Shown here: positions 9,765 to 19,415 of the stretch, one piece after another | How the letters are laid out: each line of letters begins with the position of its first letter | Position numbering within the stretch: position 1 is the stretch's first letter | Source: a bacterium | GTDB lineage: Bacteria > UBA8248 | Reading direction: 5' to 3' | NCBI GenBank assembly: GCA_963692865.2 | Contig: OY843592.1 | Location: 544,001-608,000 of the forward strand | DNA: 64,000 nucleotides | Made by a program: the position numbers and the translations under genes | Notes under the pieces: model-generated | Told to the model about the DNA's origin: nothing | Seen by the model: the letters and a program-made list of their open reading frames with translations, nothing else | Database searches by the model: none

Positions 9765-10754
9765 TTATTTCCCGGCCCGGCGGAGGGCTGTCGCATCCGA
9801 CCGCGCCGGGGTTTCCGTTACGACCGTGACGCGGATCGCATAATGATCCGAACCGAATGGGCCGCGTCTCTCGGCGATCAACTTGCTCGCCTCGTCGAAA
9901 AACGGTCCCGCCGCGTAGATGTTGTCAATCGGACTGGCGGCGTATTTGGCCTTAACCTTCCCGCAACGACTCTTGCCCTTTTCCGTATAGCTCCTTCCCA
10001 GCCCGACGGTCAGGTTCCGCATGGCGAGACCTCGCACGAGGCCGCTGCTCAAGATGGCGTGGGTTTGATCGTATTGAACACATCGGCCTTGCTTCGGGCA
10101 GCGATGATCGATGTCCACGCCGACCTTCTGGACGTCACCCGGAGCTACGTTGAAATCGCCTGCCACCAGGTAGGAGTAGTCGCTGCGCTTCCGTCTGTCT
10201 TTCACAATCTTCTTGGCAAGGGCGGCGGCCACGTTCTCACGCTTGCAGGAGTTCTCCTCATCACAGCTTCCCATCTTTCCCACCGAGGATTTGAGATGCA
10301 CGGCCGCGACGGCGAGCCTGAGCGCGCGAATCTCAGCCCACAGCCAGCCACGCGCGGGCTTGCGGCATCGTTGATCCCCCGAAGCGAACGAGGACATATC
10401 TTTCGCGTCGGCGTCCTTATAGGGATCGAACACGCGCGCATTGCCGATCTTGCGAGGGGAGAGAATCGCAACCTGAAGCGATCCTCCCCTAGAAAAATCC
10501 GAGAGTCTCATATTCCAATGCGAAATGCCCGCCTCCCGCATCAATCTTCGCACCTGTTTTTCGCGGAGGACTTCCTGAAGAACCAAAACTTTGGGGTTCA
10601 CTTTCCGTAGATATTCACCGAAACCGGCGAGATCTGTTCCTTTAAGTTTATTTGCATTCCAAGTCATGACGGTCAGGGATGCGGATTGAACCGGCGGCGC
10701 GCAAACCATCACCGCCGCCGCCAATATGGCGGCGGAAAAACAGAATTTTCTCAT
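9765..10754 (-). CDS. Secreted endonuclease/exonuclease/phosphatase (EEP) family protein
   Basis: Signal peptide; VMTWNA, VLQEV, HLKS, AGDFN, IDNI, SDH catalytic motifs. Confidence 0.85.
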   Translation of the reverse strand: MRKFCFSAAILAAAVMVCAPPVQSASLTVMTWNANKLKGTDLAGFGEYLRKVNPKVLVLQEVLREKQVRRLMREAGISHWNMRLSDFSRGGSLQVAILSPRKIGNARVFDPYKDADAKDMSSFASGDQRCRKPARGWLWAEIRALRLAVAAVHLKSSVGKMGSCDEENSCKRENVAAALAKKIVKDRRKRSDYSYLVAGDFNVAPGDVQKVGVDIDHRCPKQGRCVQYDQTHAILSSGLVRGLAMRNLTVGLGRSYTEKGKSRCGKVKAKYAASPIDNIYAAGPFFDEASKLIAERRGPFGSDHYAIRVTVVTETPARSDATALRRAGK

Positions 10755-10858
10755 GTTCGGGTCCTCAGCAGAGGGCTTGACGGCCCTCCGTCGATATGTG
10801 TTTACGCTCCTCTATTTATAGAACGCACCTCGTGATTTTCGTTTATATGGCGTGACGC

Positions 10859-11752
10859 TTAACTCAAATCGGGCCGCTCCTCGTCCTGGTAGTGCGCGAG
10901 TCCCTTGGGCGCCGTGCCGTTGTTGCGCAGGACGTGCATGGGCGCGGGCGTGAGGGGCTTCCACTGGGTCTCCTCGGGGGGTTCGGGCCACTCGTGCGGG
11001 AGATGGCGGTAGGCGTTCGGGCCTTGGGCTTCCTCCAGATGCGCGCATACGTCGTCGCACACCGCGCGCTGGCCGATTCTATCGCCCACGTCTCCGAGCA
11101 TGCGCCCGAAGGGATACTGGATGAAGACCGCCCTCGGCACGCAGACCTTCTCCGATACTTCCGGCTGGTTACATATCGAGACGGTGGCGATTCCCAACTC
11201 TTCCAATCTTCTTTGCAGCAGGCTCACGGACCGCATGCAAAGCGGTCAGACGGGGATGAGAAAGGCCGCGTCCACGCCCTCCGCGCGCATCTTCTCGGCC
11301 ATGAGGGGGGCCGTCTTCTTCATCAGGGGGTGGAAGTTGGGCGTATAGCCCATGGTGGAGTAGAGGGTGTCGGCGAGCGCGCCGATCTTCCCCTCGCGCT
11401 CGTAGTCCAGGAAGATATCCACCGGGAACGAGACGTTCCGGTCGCGCTTCAAGTACTCGGTGTTGATGTGCAGGTGCGAGTATTCGCAATCGTCCTGGGC
11501 GGCTGTTTTCGGAATCTCGCGGTGGGTGGGGTCGCCCCAGTGCGGCTCGCGCCATTCGCGCTCATAGTCGAAGGAGACGTCTCCTTTCATGAATATGCCC
11601 GCCGTGGAGACGAGGGTGACCTTGCATTCTGAAAGTGGTTTTCCCAGCGGCGTCCAGGGCGTTTTCGCCGGGTCGGCGGGCCGCATGGCGTCGATGCGCG
11701 TTTTGCTGCCGGGGTAATAGACGTATCCGTCTACTTCCGTGATCGGTGACAT
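10859..11752 (-). CDS. Selenoprotein, glycine/sarcosine/betaine/D-proline reductase B (GrdB/PrdB)-like; in-frame UGA (Sec) at 11246-11248
   Basis: Two track ORFs join in frame as GVDAAFLIPV-U-PLC-MRSVSLLQRRLEELGIATV; N-terminal PWTPLGKPLSECKVTLVSTAG and DRNVSFPVD; AGGAG RBS before ATG 11752. Confidence 0.88.
11211..11242 (-). promoter_or_regulatory. Candidate bacterial SECIS element
   Basis: 3 nt after the UGA: CUUUGCA-U-GCGG-UCCGUGAG-CCUGC-UGCAAAG stem-loop with bulged U residues. Confidence 0.6.
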
Positions 11753-11774
11753 GGGGTCTTGCTCCTTTACTGAA

Positions 11775-12605
11775 TCAATAATTCGTAAACAGAACGCACA
11801 GGAGTTCATTCGCCAGCTTCGCGTCGCCTTCGATCGTAAGGCGGCCGGCGGCCTCCATGGCGCTGCGCTTCGCGCGCCCGTAGAGCAAGAGGAAGTGCGC
11901 CTCGCCGTCCGCAGTGATCACGGCGTCGTGCGTGCCGGACGTGTGGGCGGACTCCTCCGCCTTCTCGCCGGCGACGGCGAGCGTCCACGCACGATCGGGC
12001 GTCGTGGAGCGGAACAGGAAACGGCCGGCGAAGGGCGGGTTCTCGCGGACGCCGAACAGGCGGCTCTGGCTCGCGGGGAGAAAACTCATGACGCCCTCCA
12101 CGCCCTCTTCGGAGACGCAGGCCTCCGCGTCCTCGCCGTAGCGGACGTCCCAATCGTGCGCCACGAGTTCGACGAGCCTGAGCCCGATCCAGGCGTCGAG
12201 CCGCGTCAGCCCGCGGGGATGAAAGCCGAGCTTGCCGAGATCGTCCGTGGCGATGTCCGCGAGCGCGTCGTTCACCTGGGAGGCCGTGGCGTCGAACGCG
12301 TCCATCATCTCTTCCCTCGGCAGGGCCATGAGTTCCTCGCCCCTGGCGGCGCGGATGGCGAAAAACTCCTTCGTGTTGCTCCCGTAGGGGGGTTCCGGCG
12401 GCAGGCCTTCCAGGGCGCGGCGGATCGAGTTCGTGTAAAAATCGGCCCCCGTCGCCAAGTGGGAGACGGCGTGCCGCGCCCGCCAGCCGGGACAGTAGGT
12501 GTCCACCTCCCAGCGCGCGTCCGAAAAGGCGCGCCAGCAGGCCGAGAGGCGTTCGGTTTCGGTTTTCACCAGGGCGACTCGGGAAAGTTGTTCTTCAGGA
12601 CTCAC
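11775..12605 (-). CDS. DinB-superfamily maleylpyruvate isomerase-like (MDMPI) protein with SCP2-like C-terminus
   Basis: TYCPGWRARHAVSHL, RLVELVAHDWDV, GRLTIEGD. Confidence 0.8.
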   Translation of the reverse strand: MSPEEQLSRVALVKTETERLSACWRAFSDARWEVDTYCPGWRARHAVSHLATGADFYTNSIRRALEGLPPEPPYGSNTKEFFAIRAARGEELMALPREEMMDAFDATASQVNDALADIATDDLGKLGFHPRGLTRLDAWIGLRLVELVAHDWDVRYGEDAEACVSEEGVEGVMSFLPASQSRLFGVRENPPFAGRFLFRSTTPDRAWTLAVAGEKAEESAHTSGTHDAVITADGEAHFLLLYGRAKRSAMEAAGRLTIEGDAKLANELLCVLFTNY

Positions 12606-12714
12606 GTGGGCGTCCTCCGTCTCGCGGGTTCGCGATTCGTCTTTGAAAAAGAAAGCCCCATCTCATGAACGGGGAGAGGCTTCAAGTATTGCGAAACCGG
12701 GGGCCGCCTGCAAG

Positions 12715-13145
12715 GGGCCGTTGAAAAAGCTTCGTGGCAGGGCAAAGGCAACCCCCTTGAGGGGAAGACCTCATAAAGGCAACCCCCCTACCCCCCTTGT
12801 CAGGGCTGTTGAAAAACCCGGCCCCGCTTGGTCGAACCCTCATTCACCAATCTGATTCGACCTTCCTCACCGGTCGGAATCGACCACCGTCGTCATTCCG
12901 GCGAAAGCCGGAATCCATTTTGACTTTTCACCGGGCGGAGCGGCCACGACTTCGTTGCCGCGCAACGCCTGAATGCGGTATCCGCGCAGAGGGAATGACG
13001 GTGCGTGGTCGACTACATCGGTGGATGAAAATGGATTCCGGCTTTCGCCGGAATGACGATCAAAAGCAAAGAGCAAAACCACTTTCCCGCATCGGATGGC
13101 GCTCTTTGGGACATCATTCCCCCGGAGGACTTTTTCAACAACCCC
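12715..13145. mobile_element. Composite repeat: family D shell enclosing an inverted pair of family A REPs
   Basis: GTCATTCCGGCGAAAGCCGGAATCC (12892) and GGATTCCGGCTTTCGCCGGAATGAC (13033) inside GGGCTGTTGAAAAA...TTTTTCAACAACCCC. Confidence 0.75.
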
Positions 13146-13263
13146 GCAAGGGCCGCAAGCTGGCGGGGCGGGGGGGAGTTCTGCTAGGTTATGGCCTCGT
13201 GTCGAGGAGCGAGGCGAGGCGGAACCTCACGAAAGCGCTTCTCTTTTCAGGAGACGAAAACCC

Positions 13264-14589
13264 ATGTCCCCGTTGATGGTGGTCGCGGACGCCGAGGGCA
13301 ACCTGTTCGAACACCCCGAGTTCGAGATGGTGGGCGCGCAGGGGGCCGAACCCGTGGCGCCCGAGCCCGAGGAACTCTCCCCCCTGCCGGAGGGGAGCAG
13401 GTTCTTCACCCTCCCGGACAGCACGCCCGTGGGCGGCGACCCCGAAGAGGACGCGCTCGTGAGCGTCGAGGAAGCGGACTGGGGCGACGGGCCGGCCGCG
13501 TTGCAGGCCGCCTGCACGTTTCCCGCGCCCGGGTGGATGCGCACCCTGCTCCCCTTCGCCGAGAGAGACTCAAGCGCGCCCGTCCTTCCGCTTTGGGCCT
13601 ACACCGCATTGGGGTTCGATGAGGAGAGCGGCGGGTTCGTCTGCGCCGCCGTGCGCGTGGACGACTGCCCGCGCTGGGAGCCCGAGGAATACGACGACAC
13701 CGGCCTGCCCGGGCGGATCGAGCGGATGCGCGACGCCCACCCCGGAAACCGGATGATCCCCCACCTCGCGCGCTGCGCGAGCGAGTTCCACTGCTTCGCG
13801 GCGAAAAACTTCTTCGCCCGCCGCTGGGAGATGGGCCTCCCCATCGCCCCGCTTTGCAACGCGGACTGCCGGGGGTGCATCTCGCTCCAGACGGACGACC
13901 TCTTCCCGGCGAGCCACCGGCGCATCGAGATCGTCCCCACAGCTGAGGAGCTTTGCGAGATCGCCCTCCCTCATCTCGAAGAGGCGGAGATGACCGTCGC
14001 GAGTTTCGGCCAGGGCTGCGAGGGCGAGCCGCTGCTCCAGGCGGGCGTGATCGAGCGCGCCTGCCGCCTCATCCGCGAGCAGACGGGGCGCGGCACCCTG
14101 CACATGAACACGAACGGCAGCCGGCCCGAGTGGATGCAGCGTCTTAGCAGTGCGGGCCTCGAAAGCATCCGAATCAGCACGAACAGCGCGACGCCCGAGT
14201 GGCACCGCGCCTATTACCGGCCCGAGACGTATGACTTCACCGACGTGGAAGACTGCGTGAAGGCCGCCGTGGACGCAGGCCTCTACACTCAGATCAACTA
14301 CCTGGTCTTCCCCGGCGTCACGGATCTGGAAGCCGAGGTCGAGGCCATGCTCGATTTCGCCGGACGCACGGGCCTGCACGTCATTCAGATGAAGAACCTC
14401 TGCATCGACCCGGCTCTCTACCTCGACACCCTGCCCGACTTAAGCGAGGTGGGCGAGGCGATGGGCATGGCGCGGATTCTTGCCGTCTACCGGGAGGAGT
14501 TGCCCGACGTGGCGGTCCGCTACTTCAACCGGCCCCGGGAGGAATGGCACATCGACCCCGAAGGCTCGAAGGCCGGGGCCGTGCGATGA
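13264..14589 (+). CDS. Radical SAM protein of unknown function
   Basis: CNADCRGC motif, SFGQGCEGEPLL, MNTNGS; GGAG RBS before ATG 13264. Confidence 0.85.
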   Translation: MSPLMVVADAEGNLFEHPEFEMVGAQGAEPVAPEPEELSPLPEGSRFFTLPDSTPVGGDPEEDALVSVEEADWGDGPAALQAACTFPAPGWMRTLLPFAERDSSAPVLPLWAYTALGFDEESGGFVCAAVRVDDCPRWEPEEYDDTGLPGRIERMRDAHPGNRMIPHLARCASEFHCFAAKNFFARRWEMGLPIAPLCNADCRGCISLQTDDLFPASHRRIEIVPTAEELCEIALPHLEEAEMTVASFGQGCEGEPLLQAGVIERACRLIREQTGRGTLHMNTNGSRPEWMQRLSSAGLESIRISTNSATPEWHRAYYRPETYDFTDVEDCVKAAVDAGLYTQINYLVFPGVTDLEAEVEAMLDFAGRTGLHVIQMKNLCIDPALYLDTLPDLSEVGEAMGMARILAVYREELPDVAVRYFNRPREEWHIDPEGSKAGAVR

Positions 14590-15995
14590 GCGAGAATCTC
14601 CTGCAAATCAAGCCCATTTCCGAGATGCCCCTCGTGCGGCGCGATGCGCCCGTACCGATGGGGCCGGAAGCGCCCCGGGCCGCGCTCATATCGCTCGGCT
14701 GCGCCAAGAACACCGTGGATTCCGAGATCATGCTCGCCGCGCTCGCGGGGGCGGGCTACCGGCTCGTGAGCGACGCGGAAAACGCGCAGGTCGCCATCGT
14801 CAACACGTGCGGCTTCATCGAGGACGCGAAGCGCGAATCCATCGATACGATCCTGGAAGTCGCTCAACTCAAAGAGGCGGGCGGTCTTGAAACCCTGGTG
14901 GTGGCGGGCTGTCTGGCCGAGCGCTACCGGGGAGAACTCGCGCAGGGCCTGCCCGAGGTGGATCTCTTCATCGGGACGCGCGAGTACGACCGCCTGCCGG
15001 AGCTCTTGAGCGGCGGACGCGGCGGCGCGCGCGAGGCGTTCTCGGACACGCTCATGGACTACGGCAGGAGGCTGCCGCGCATCCTCGCCGAACCGGGCCC
15101 CAGCGCCTATCTGAAAGTAGCCGAGGGCTGCTCGCGGCCCTGCACCTTCTGCGTCATCCCGAGGTTCCGGGGCAGGTTCCGCTCCCGCCCGCTCGACCTG
15201 GTGGTGGAAGAGGCGCGCGCGCTGGCGGAAGCGGACGTGCGCGAGGTGAACCTGCTCGCGCAGGAGATCACGAGCTACGGCGTGGATTTGGGCCTCGGCT
15301 TCTCCCTCGCGCGGCTGCTGGAGGAATTGAACGGCGTGGACGGCTTGAGGTGGATCCGCGTGCTCTACAACTATCCGCGCGGGGTGACGGACGAGCTGCT
15401 CGACGCCTACCGCGACCTGCCCAGGGTATGCGAATACATCGACATGCCGCTCCAGCACGTCGCCACGCCCGTGCTCGCCGCCATGCGGAGGGGGATCGAC
15501 GAGGCGGGCACGCGCGAACTCGTAGCGCGCATCAAGGAGCGCGTGCCCGGCTGCGCGCTCAGGACCACCATGCTCGTCGGCTTTCCTGGGGAGACGGACG
15601 CGGATTTCGAACGCCTGCTTGAGTTCGCGAAAGAGACGCGCTTCGCCCGGCTGGGCGGCTTCGTCTTCTCGCCCGAGGATCGCTCCATCGCGGCCAGGCT
15701 GCCCGATCAGGTGCCCGCCGAAGTCGCGAGCGAGCGCATGGCGCGCCTGCTCGCGCTCCAGGAGCGCATCATGGCCGAGGACAACGAGGCGCTCCTGGGC
15801 GGGGAGACGCAGGTGCTCGTCGAGGGTCTGACGGGCGAGGGACTCCTGCGCGGGCGAACGCGGCTCCAGGCCCCGGAAGTCGACGGCGAGGTATTCCTGC
15901 ATGAGACCGAAGCGGAGCCCGGGGAGATCATCACGTGTGAGATCATCGGCACCGACGGCGTCGACCTTATCGCGCGCGGCGTCGCGGCGGGCTGA
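14586..15995 (+). CDS. rimO: Ribosomal protein S12 methylthiotransferase RimO
   Basis: SLGCAKNTVDSE, NTCGFI, YLKVAEGCSRPCTFC, TRAM domain APEVDG. Confidence 0.93.
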   Translation: MSENLLQIKPISEMPLVRRDAPVPMGPEAPRAALISLGCAKNTVDSEIMLAALAGAGYRLVSDAENAQVAIVNTCGFIEDAKRESIDTILEVAQLKEAGGLETLVVAGCLAERYRGELAQGLPEVDLFIGTREYDRLPELLSGGRGGAREAFSDTLMDYGRRLPRILAEPGPSAYLKVAEGCSRPCTFCVIPRFRGRFRSRPLDLVVEEARALAEADVREVNLLAQEITSYGVDLGLGFSLARLLEELNGVDGLRWIRVLYNYPRGVTDELLDAYRDLPRVCEYIDMPLQHVATPVLAAMRRGIDEAGTRELVARIKERVPGCALRTTMLVGFPGETDADFERLLEFAKETRFARLGGFVFSPEDRSIAARLPDQVPAEVASERMARLLALQERIMAEDNEALLGGETQVLVEGLTGEGLLRGRTRLQAPEVDGEVFLHETEAEPGEIITCEIIGTDGVDLIARGVAAG

Positions 15996-16015
15996 AAGAA
16001 GACCAAGGAGAGTAC

Positions 16016-16840
16016 ATGAACGAGACATCCGGCTACGACCCCGAAGCCTTCAGGGAATTCGAGCGCACGGGCTGGAACGGCGCGGCGGGCGAATACGCCG
16101 ATCTGTTCGGCGTCATCACCGCGCAGGCGGTTCCCACCCTGCTGGACGCGGCGGACGCGCGCTTCGGAACGCGCCTGCTCGACCTGGCCTGCGGGACGGG
16201 CGTCGTCTCGGCGGGGGCGCTCATGCGCGGCTGCACTGTGGTGGGAGCGGATTTCGCCGACGACATGCTGGCCGAGGCCGCCCGCCGCTGGCCGGGGGCG
16301 GAGTTCCGGCTCTGCGACGCGGAGGACATGCCCTTCGAGGATGCGCGCTTCGACGCCGTGGTGAGCAACTTCGGTTTCCTCCACTTCCCGTACCCGGAAG
16401 TCGCGCTGGCCGAGGCGGCGCGCGTGCTCAAGTCCGGCGGAAAACTCGCCTTCACCGCCTGGACGCACGACGCGGGCCACCGCGCCCTGATGACGCGGGC
16501 CATCCAGGAGCACGGCGACCCGGACGTCCCCGTCGTGGCCGGCCCGCCCGAGCCTTTCCTGGAAGACGATGGAAGATGCGCGCGCGCCATGGAGGCGGCT
16601 GGCTTCACCGCGCCCGAGATCGTGGAGGTCACCCTCTACATGGAGGCGGAAGAGCCCGCCCGCATCATCGAGGTGTTCGAGAAATCCACCGTGCGCACGG
16701 CCTCGCGCCTCGCCTCCCAGACGGCGGAAGCGAGGGAGAAGATACGCAAAGCGCTGGTCGATATGCTGCGCGAATACGAGAGCGAGGGAGCCATCGCGGT
16801 GCCCATGCAGGCGCGGCTCATCTCGGCAAGGAAGAAGTAA
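16016..16840 (+). CDS. Class I SAM-dependent methyltransferase
   Basis: LLDLACGTG, DAEDMPF, RVLKSGG. Confidence 0.88.
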   Translation: MNETSGYDPEAFREFERTGWNGAAGEYADLFGVITAQAVPTLLDAADARFGTRLLDLACGTGVVSAGALMRGCTVVGADFADDMLAEAARRWPGAEFRLCDAEDMPFEDARFDAVVSNFGFLHFPYPEVALAEAARVLKSGGKLAFTAWTHDAGHRALMTRAIQEHGDPDVPVVAGPPEPFLEDDGRCARAMEAAGFTAPEIVEVTLYMEAEEPARIIEVFEKSTVRTASRLASQTAEAREKIRKALVDMLREYESEGAIAVPMQARLISARKK

Positions 16841-17251
16841 GGCGGGCGTTCACGGGCGCATGAAGCAGGGACAGGTCGCGACCTGTCCTTGCAGGTTCAA
16901 ATCCAACTGAGAAAAGGAACAATCCCGGCAGTCGAAAAAATCCCCTTGCCGGGGAGTAAAGGCACCCCCCCTACCCCCCCTTGTCAACCGGGAACCACTC
17001 CCCCCTTGAGGGGGTTGTTGAAAAACCCTGCAATGCCGGAATGACGAGCAAAAGCGCGTTCAGCACGCCTTCCCTCATTGCTCGCGCGAAACCTTCGCCT
17101 CCGGCGCGAGCCCGCGAGGGCGGGTTCTGAATTGCGCGCAGGGGTCGACCATGCCATAATCGCCGCACAAAACAGATTCAGAAGACCAGTATTGCAGGGA
17201 TGCGAACGTCCCTGGAGTTCATCTTCCATCACGGGAAAAAGGAGCACTGTT

Positions 17252-18274
17252 ATGTGGCGTAAATGGATACGGATTCTCCCGGTAATCGCAGCGCTAGCGC
17301 TTTCGCTCACGCTCACGAGCGCAGCGCCCGCCGCTGAAAAGGTCATTCTCACCCAGCCGGTGGACAGCCTGAGCTTCTTCCCCATCTACGTGGGGCGGAT
17401 AAAAGGGTTCTTCAAGGAAGAGGGCCTCACCCTGGACGTGAAGGCCACCGCGGGCGGCGGGCCGCACCTGACGGCCGTCCTGGCGGGTAAAGCGGAGTTC
17501 ACCGCCAGCCCGGGCACCTACCAGCTGAACGCGCTCAACTCCGGCAAGCGGGCCATCGGCTTCGTGGACCTTCTCAGGCGCAACATCATCGGGATGGTCA
17601 TCCACAAGGACGCCGCCAAGAAGGCGGGCATCAAAGACGGCATGCCGCTCATGGATAAGGTAAAACGCGCCAAGGGCCTTAAAGTAGGCGTGACGCGGCC
17701 GGGCGCGTTGACCGACGTGCTCGCCCGCAACCTGCTGGGCCGCGCCGGGATGAAGGTTCCCGCGGACGTGCGCATCCTCGCCGTGGGCGGCGGCGGCACC
17801 ATGCTGCCGGCGTTCAAGAACCGAAAAATTGACATCTTCACCATCTCGACCCCGCACCCCGAGCGCATGCTCAGCCAGGGGCTCGGCATCTGGTTCGTGA
17901 ACTGGGCGGCCGGCGAGGACAAGGCCATCAAGGAGTTCATGATGACGGCCGTCATGGCCACGCCCAAGCTCATGAAGGAGCGCCCCAAGCTCGTCAAGCG
18001 GATGGCGCGGGCGGTCATGAAGTCGCAGAAATACATCCAGAAGACCTCCGTCGAGCAGCTCACCAAGGACATGACGCCGTTTTTCGGCAAGCGCGTCACG
18101 CCCGAGGCGCTTCGCATCTCGGTCGCCACGGTGAAGGGCGCGGTCAACCCGACCGGCAGGATGACGGACGAGGCCGTCCAGACCACGTTCAACATCATGA
18201 AGAGCGGCGGCAAGCTCAAGAACCTCAAGAGCGTCAAGCGCAGCGACGTCTGGACGGACGAGTTTTTGAAGTAG
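17252..18274 (+). CDS. ABC transporter substrate-binding protein (NitT/TauT, SsuA/NMT1-like)
   Basis: Signal peptide, KGFFKEEGL, KGLKVGVTRPGALT; AGGAG RBS. Confidence 0.85.
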   Translation: MWRKWIRILPVIAALALSLTLTSAAPAAEKVILTQPVDSLSFFPIYVGRIKGFFKEEGLTLDVKATAGGGPHLTAVLAGKAEFTASPGTYQLNALNSGKRAIGFVDLLRRNIIGMVIHKDAAKKAGIKDGMPLMDKVKRAKGLKVGVTRPGALTDVLARNLLGRAGMKVPADVRILAVGGGGTMLPAFKNRKIDIFTISTPHPERMLSQGLGIWFVNWAAGEDKAIKEFMMTAVMATPKLMKERPKLVKRMARAVMKSQKYIQKTSVEQLTKDMTPFFGKRVTPEALRISVATVKGAVNPTGRMTDEAVQTTFNIMKSGGKLKNLKSVKRSDVWTDEFLK

Positions 18275-18316
18275 GCGGGGTTTTTATCGTGTATGGAACA
18301 GCCCCCGGAAGTTAGG

Positions 18317-18557
18317 GGGGCTGTTGAAAAAGTGATGATTAACGAGGATATGACACGACCGGGGAGGGGGCGGTTTTTGTAGGGGCCGCATATATGCGGC
18401 CCCTACAATTCGAATATCCTCCAAATTGCGACCGTAGCCGGACAACCCAAAAGGATTGACCGGGGCCCCCGTGCCTGTCCGGTAAAGGGCGACCACAGGG
18501 GGTCGCCCCTACGCAAAACGAGATGGAATTGTAGGGGCGGACCTGTGTGTCCGCCCG
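18317..18557. repeat. Family D end plus GTAG REP cluster between binding-protein and ATPase genes
   Basis: GTAGGGGCCGCATATATGCGGCCCCTAC and related palindromes. Confidence 0.75.
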
Positions 18558-18635
18558 CTCGTGAAATAGGACTTTTCCACCAAACCCGCCGGGGCGTGTA
18601 CGCTCCGGCCGGAGGAGCTCAGGGAGCATGATTAC

Positions 18636-19415
18636 GTGACGGCGTCTTTGTCCATCCGGCAGGTCGGCAAGCGGTTCCTCTCGCGGGGGACCATCGTCCA
18701 TGCGATGTCCGACGTGAACCTCGACGTGGGCGAGGGGGAGTTCGTGACCATCGTCGGGCCGAGCGGGTGCGGCAAGAGCACCTTGTTGAACATCCTGGCC
18801 GGGCTCTTTCCCCCCAGCAGCGGGGAGGTGCATTTCCGCGGAAAGCGCACCCGGGGCCTGAACCCCGAGATCGGCTACGTGACCCAGCAGGACAACCTGC
18901 TCCCCTGGCGGACCCTGCGCAAGAACGTATTACTTCCCCTGGAGTTCCGGGGGGTGTCCGTCTCGAACGGCGTCGCCGAGCGCGTGCAGACCCTGATCGA
19001 CAAGGTGGGGCTTTCGGGCTTCGAGAACCACTACCCACACGAACTCTCCGGCGGCATGCGCCAGCGGGTGAACATCATCCGCACGCTGATTTGCGACCCC
19101 CGCGTCATCCTGATGGACGAGCCCTTCGGCCCCCTGGACGCCCAGACCCGCCTGACGCTCCAGAACCAGCTCCTGGAACTCTGGCGCGAGGAGCGAAAGA
19201 CCATCATCTTCATCACGCACGACCTGGGCGAAGCCATCACGCTGGCCGACCGCGTGGTCGTGATGACGGGCCGCCCCGGGACCATCAAGAGCGTCTCCCC
19301 GGTGACGATCCCCCGGCCACGCGACGTCTACCACATCCACGACTCGCAGGCCTACCGCGAGATCTACGACAAGCTCTGGGAAGAACTCAGAGACGAAGTG
19401 GCGAAGGTGATGTGA
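18636..19415 (+). CDS. ABC transporter ATP-binding protein (NitT/TauT)
   Basis: [26 protein letters not shown]. Confidence 0.93.
   Translation: MTASLSIRQVGKRFLSRGTIVHAMSDVNLDVGEGEFVTIVGPSGCGKSTLLNILAGLFPPSSGEVHFRGKRTRGLNPEIGYVTQQDNLLPWRTLRKNVLLPLEFRGVSVSNGVAERVQTLIDKVGLSGFENHYPHELSGGMRQRVNIIRTLICDPRVILMDEPFGPLDAQTRLTLQNQLLELWREERKTIIFITHDLGEAITLADRVVVMTGRPGTIKSVSPVTIPRPRDVYHIHDSQAYREIYDKLWEELRDEVAKVM

Noticed and set aside
13096-13263. Long N-terminal extensions in track ORFs (also 6077, 17078, 18767, 27979, 33222, 54510)
   Set aside because: They run through repeats or upstream genes; downstream starts fit the family N-termini and most have an RBS or overlap the upstream stop
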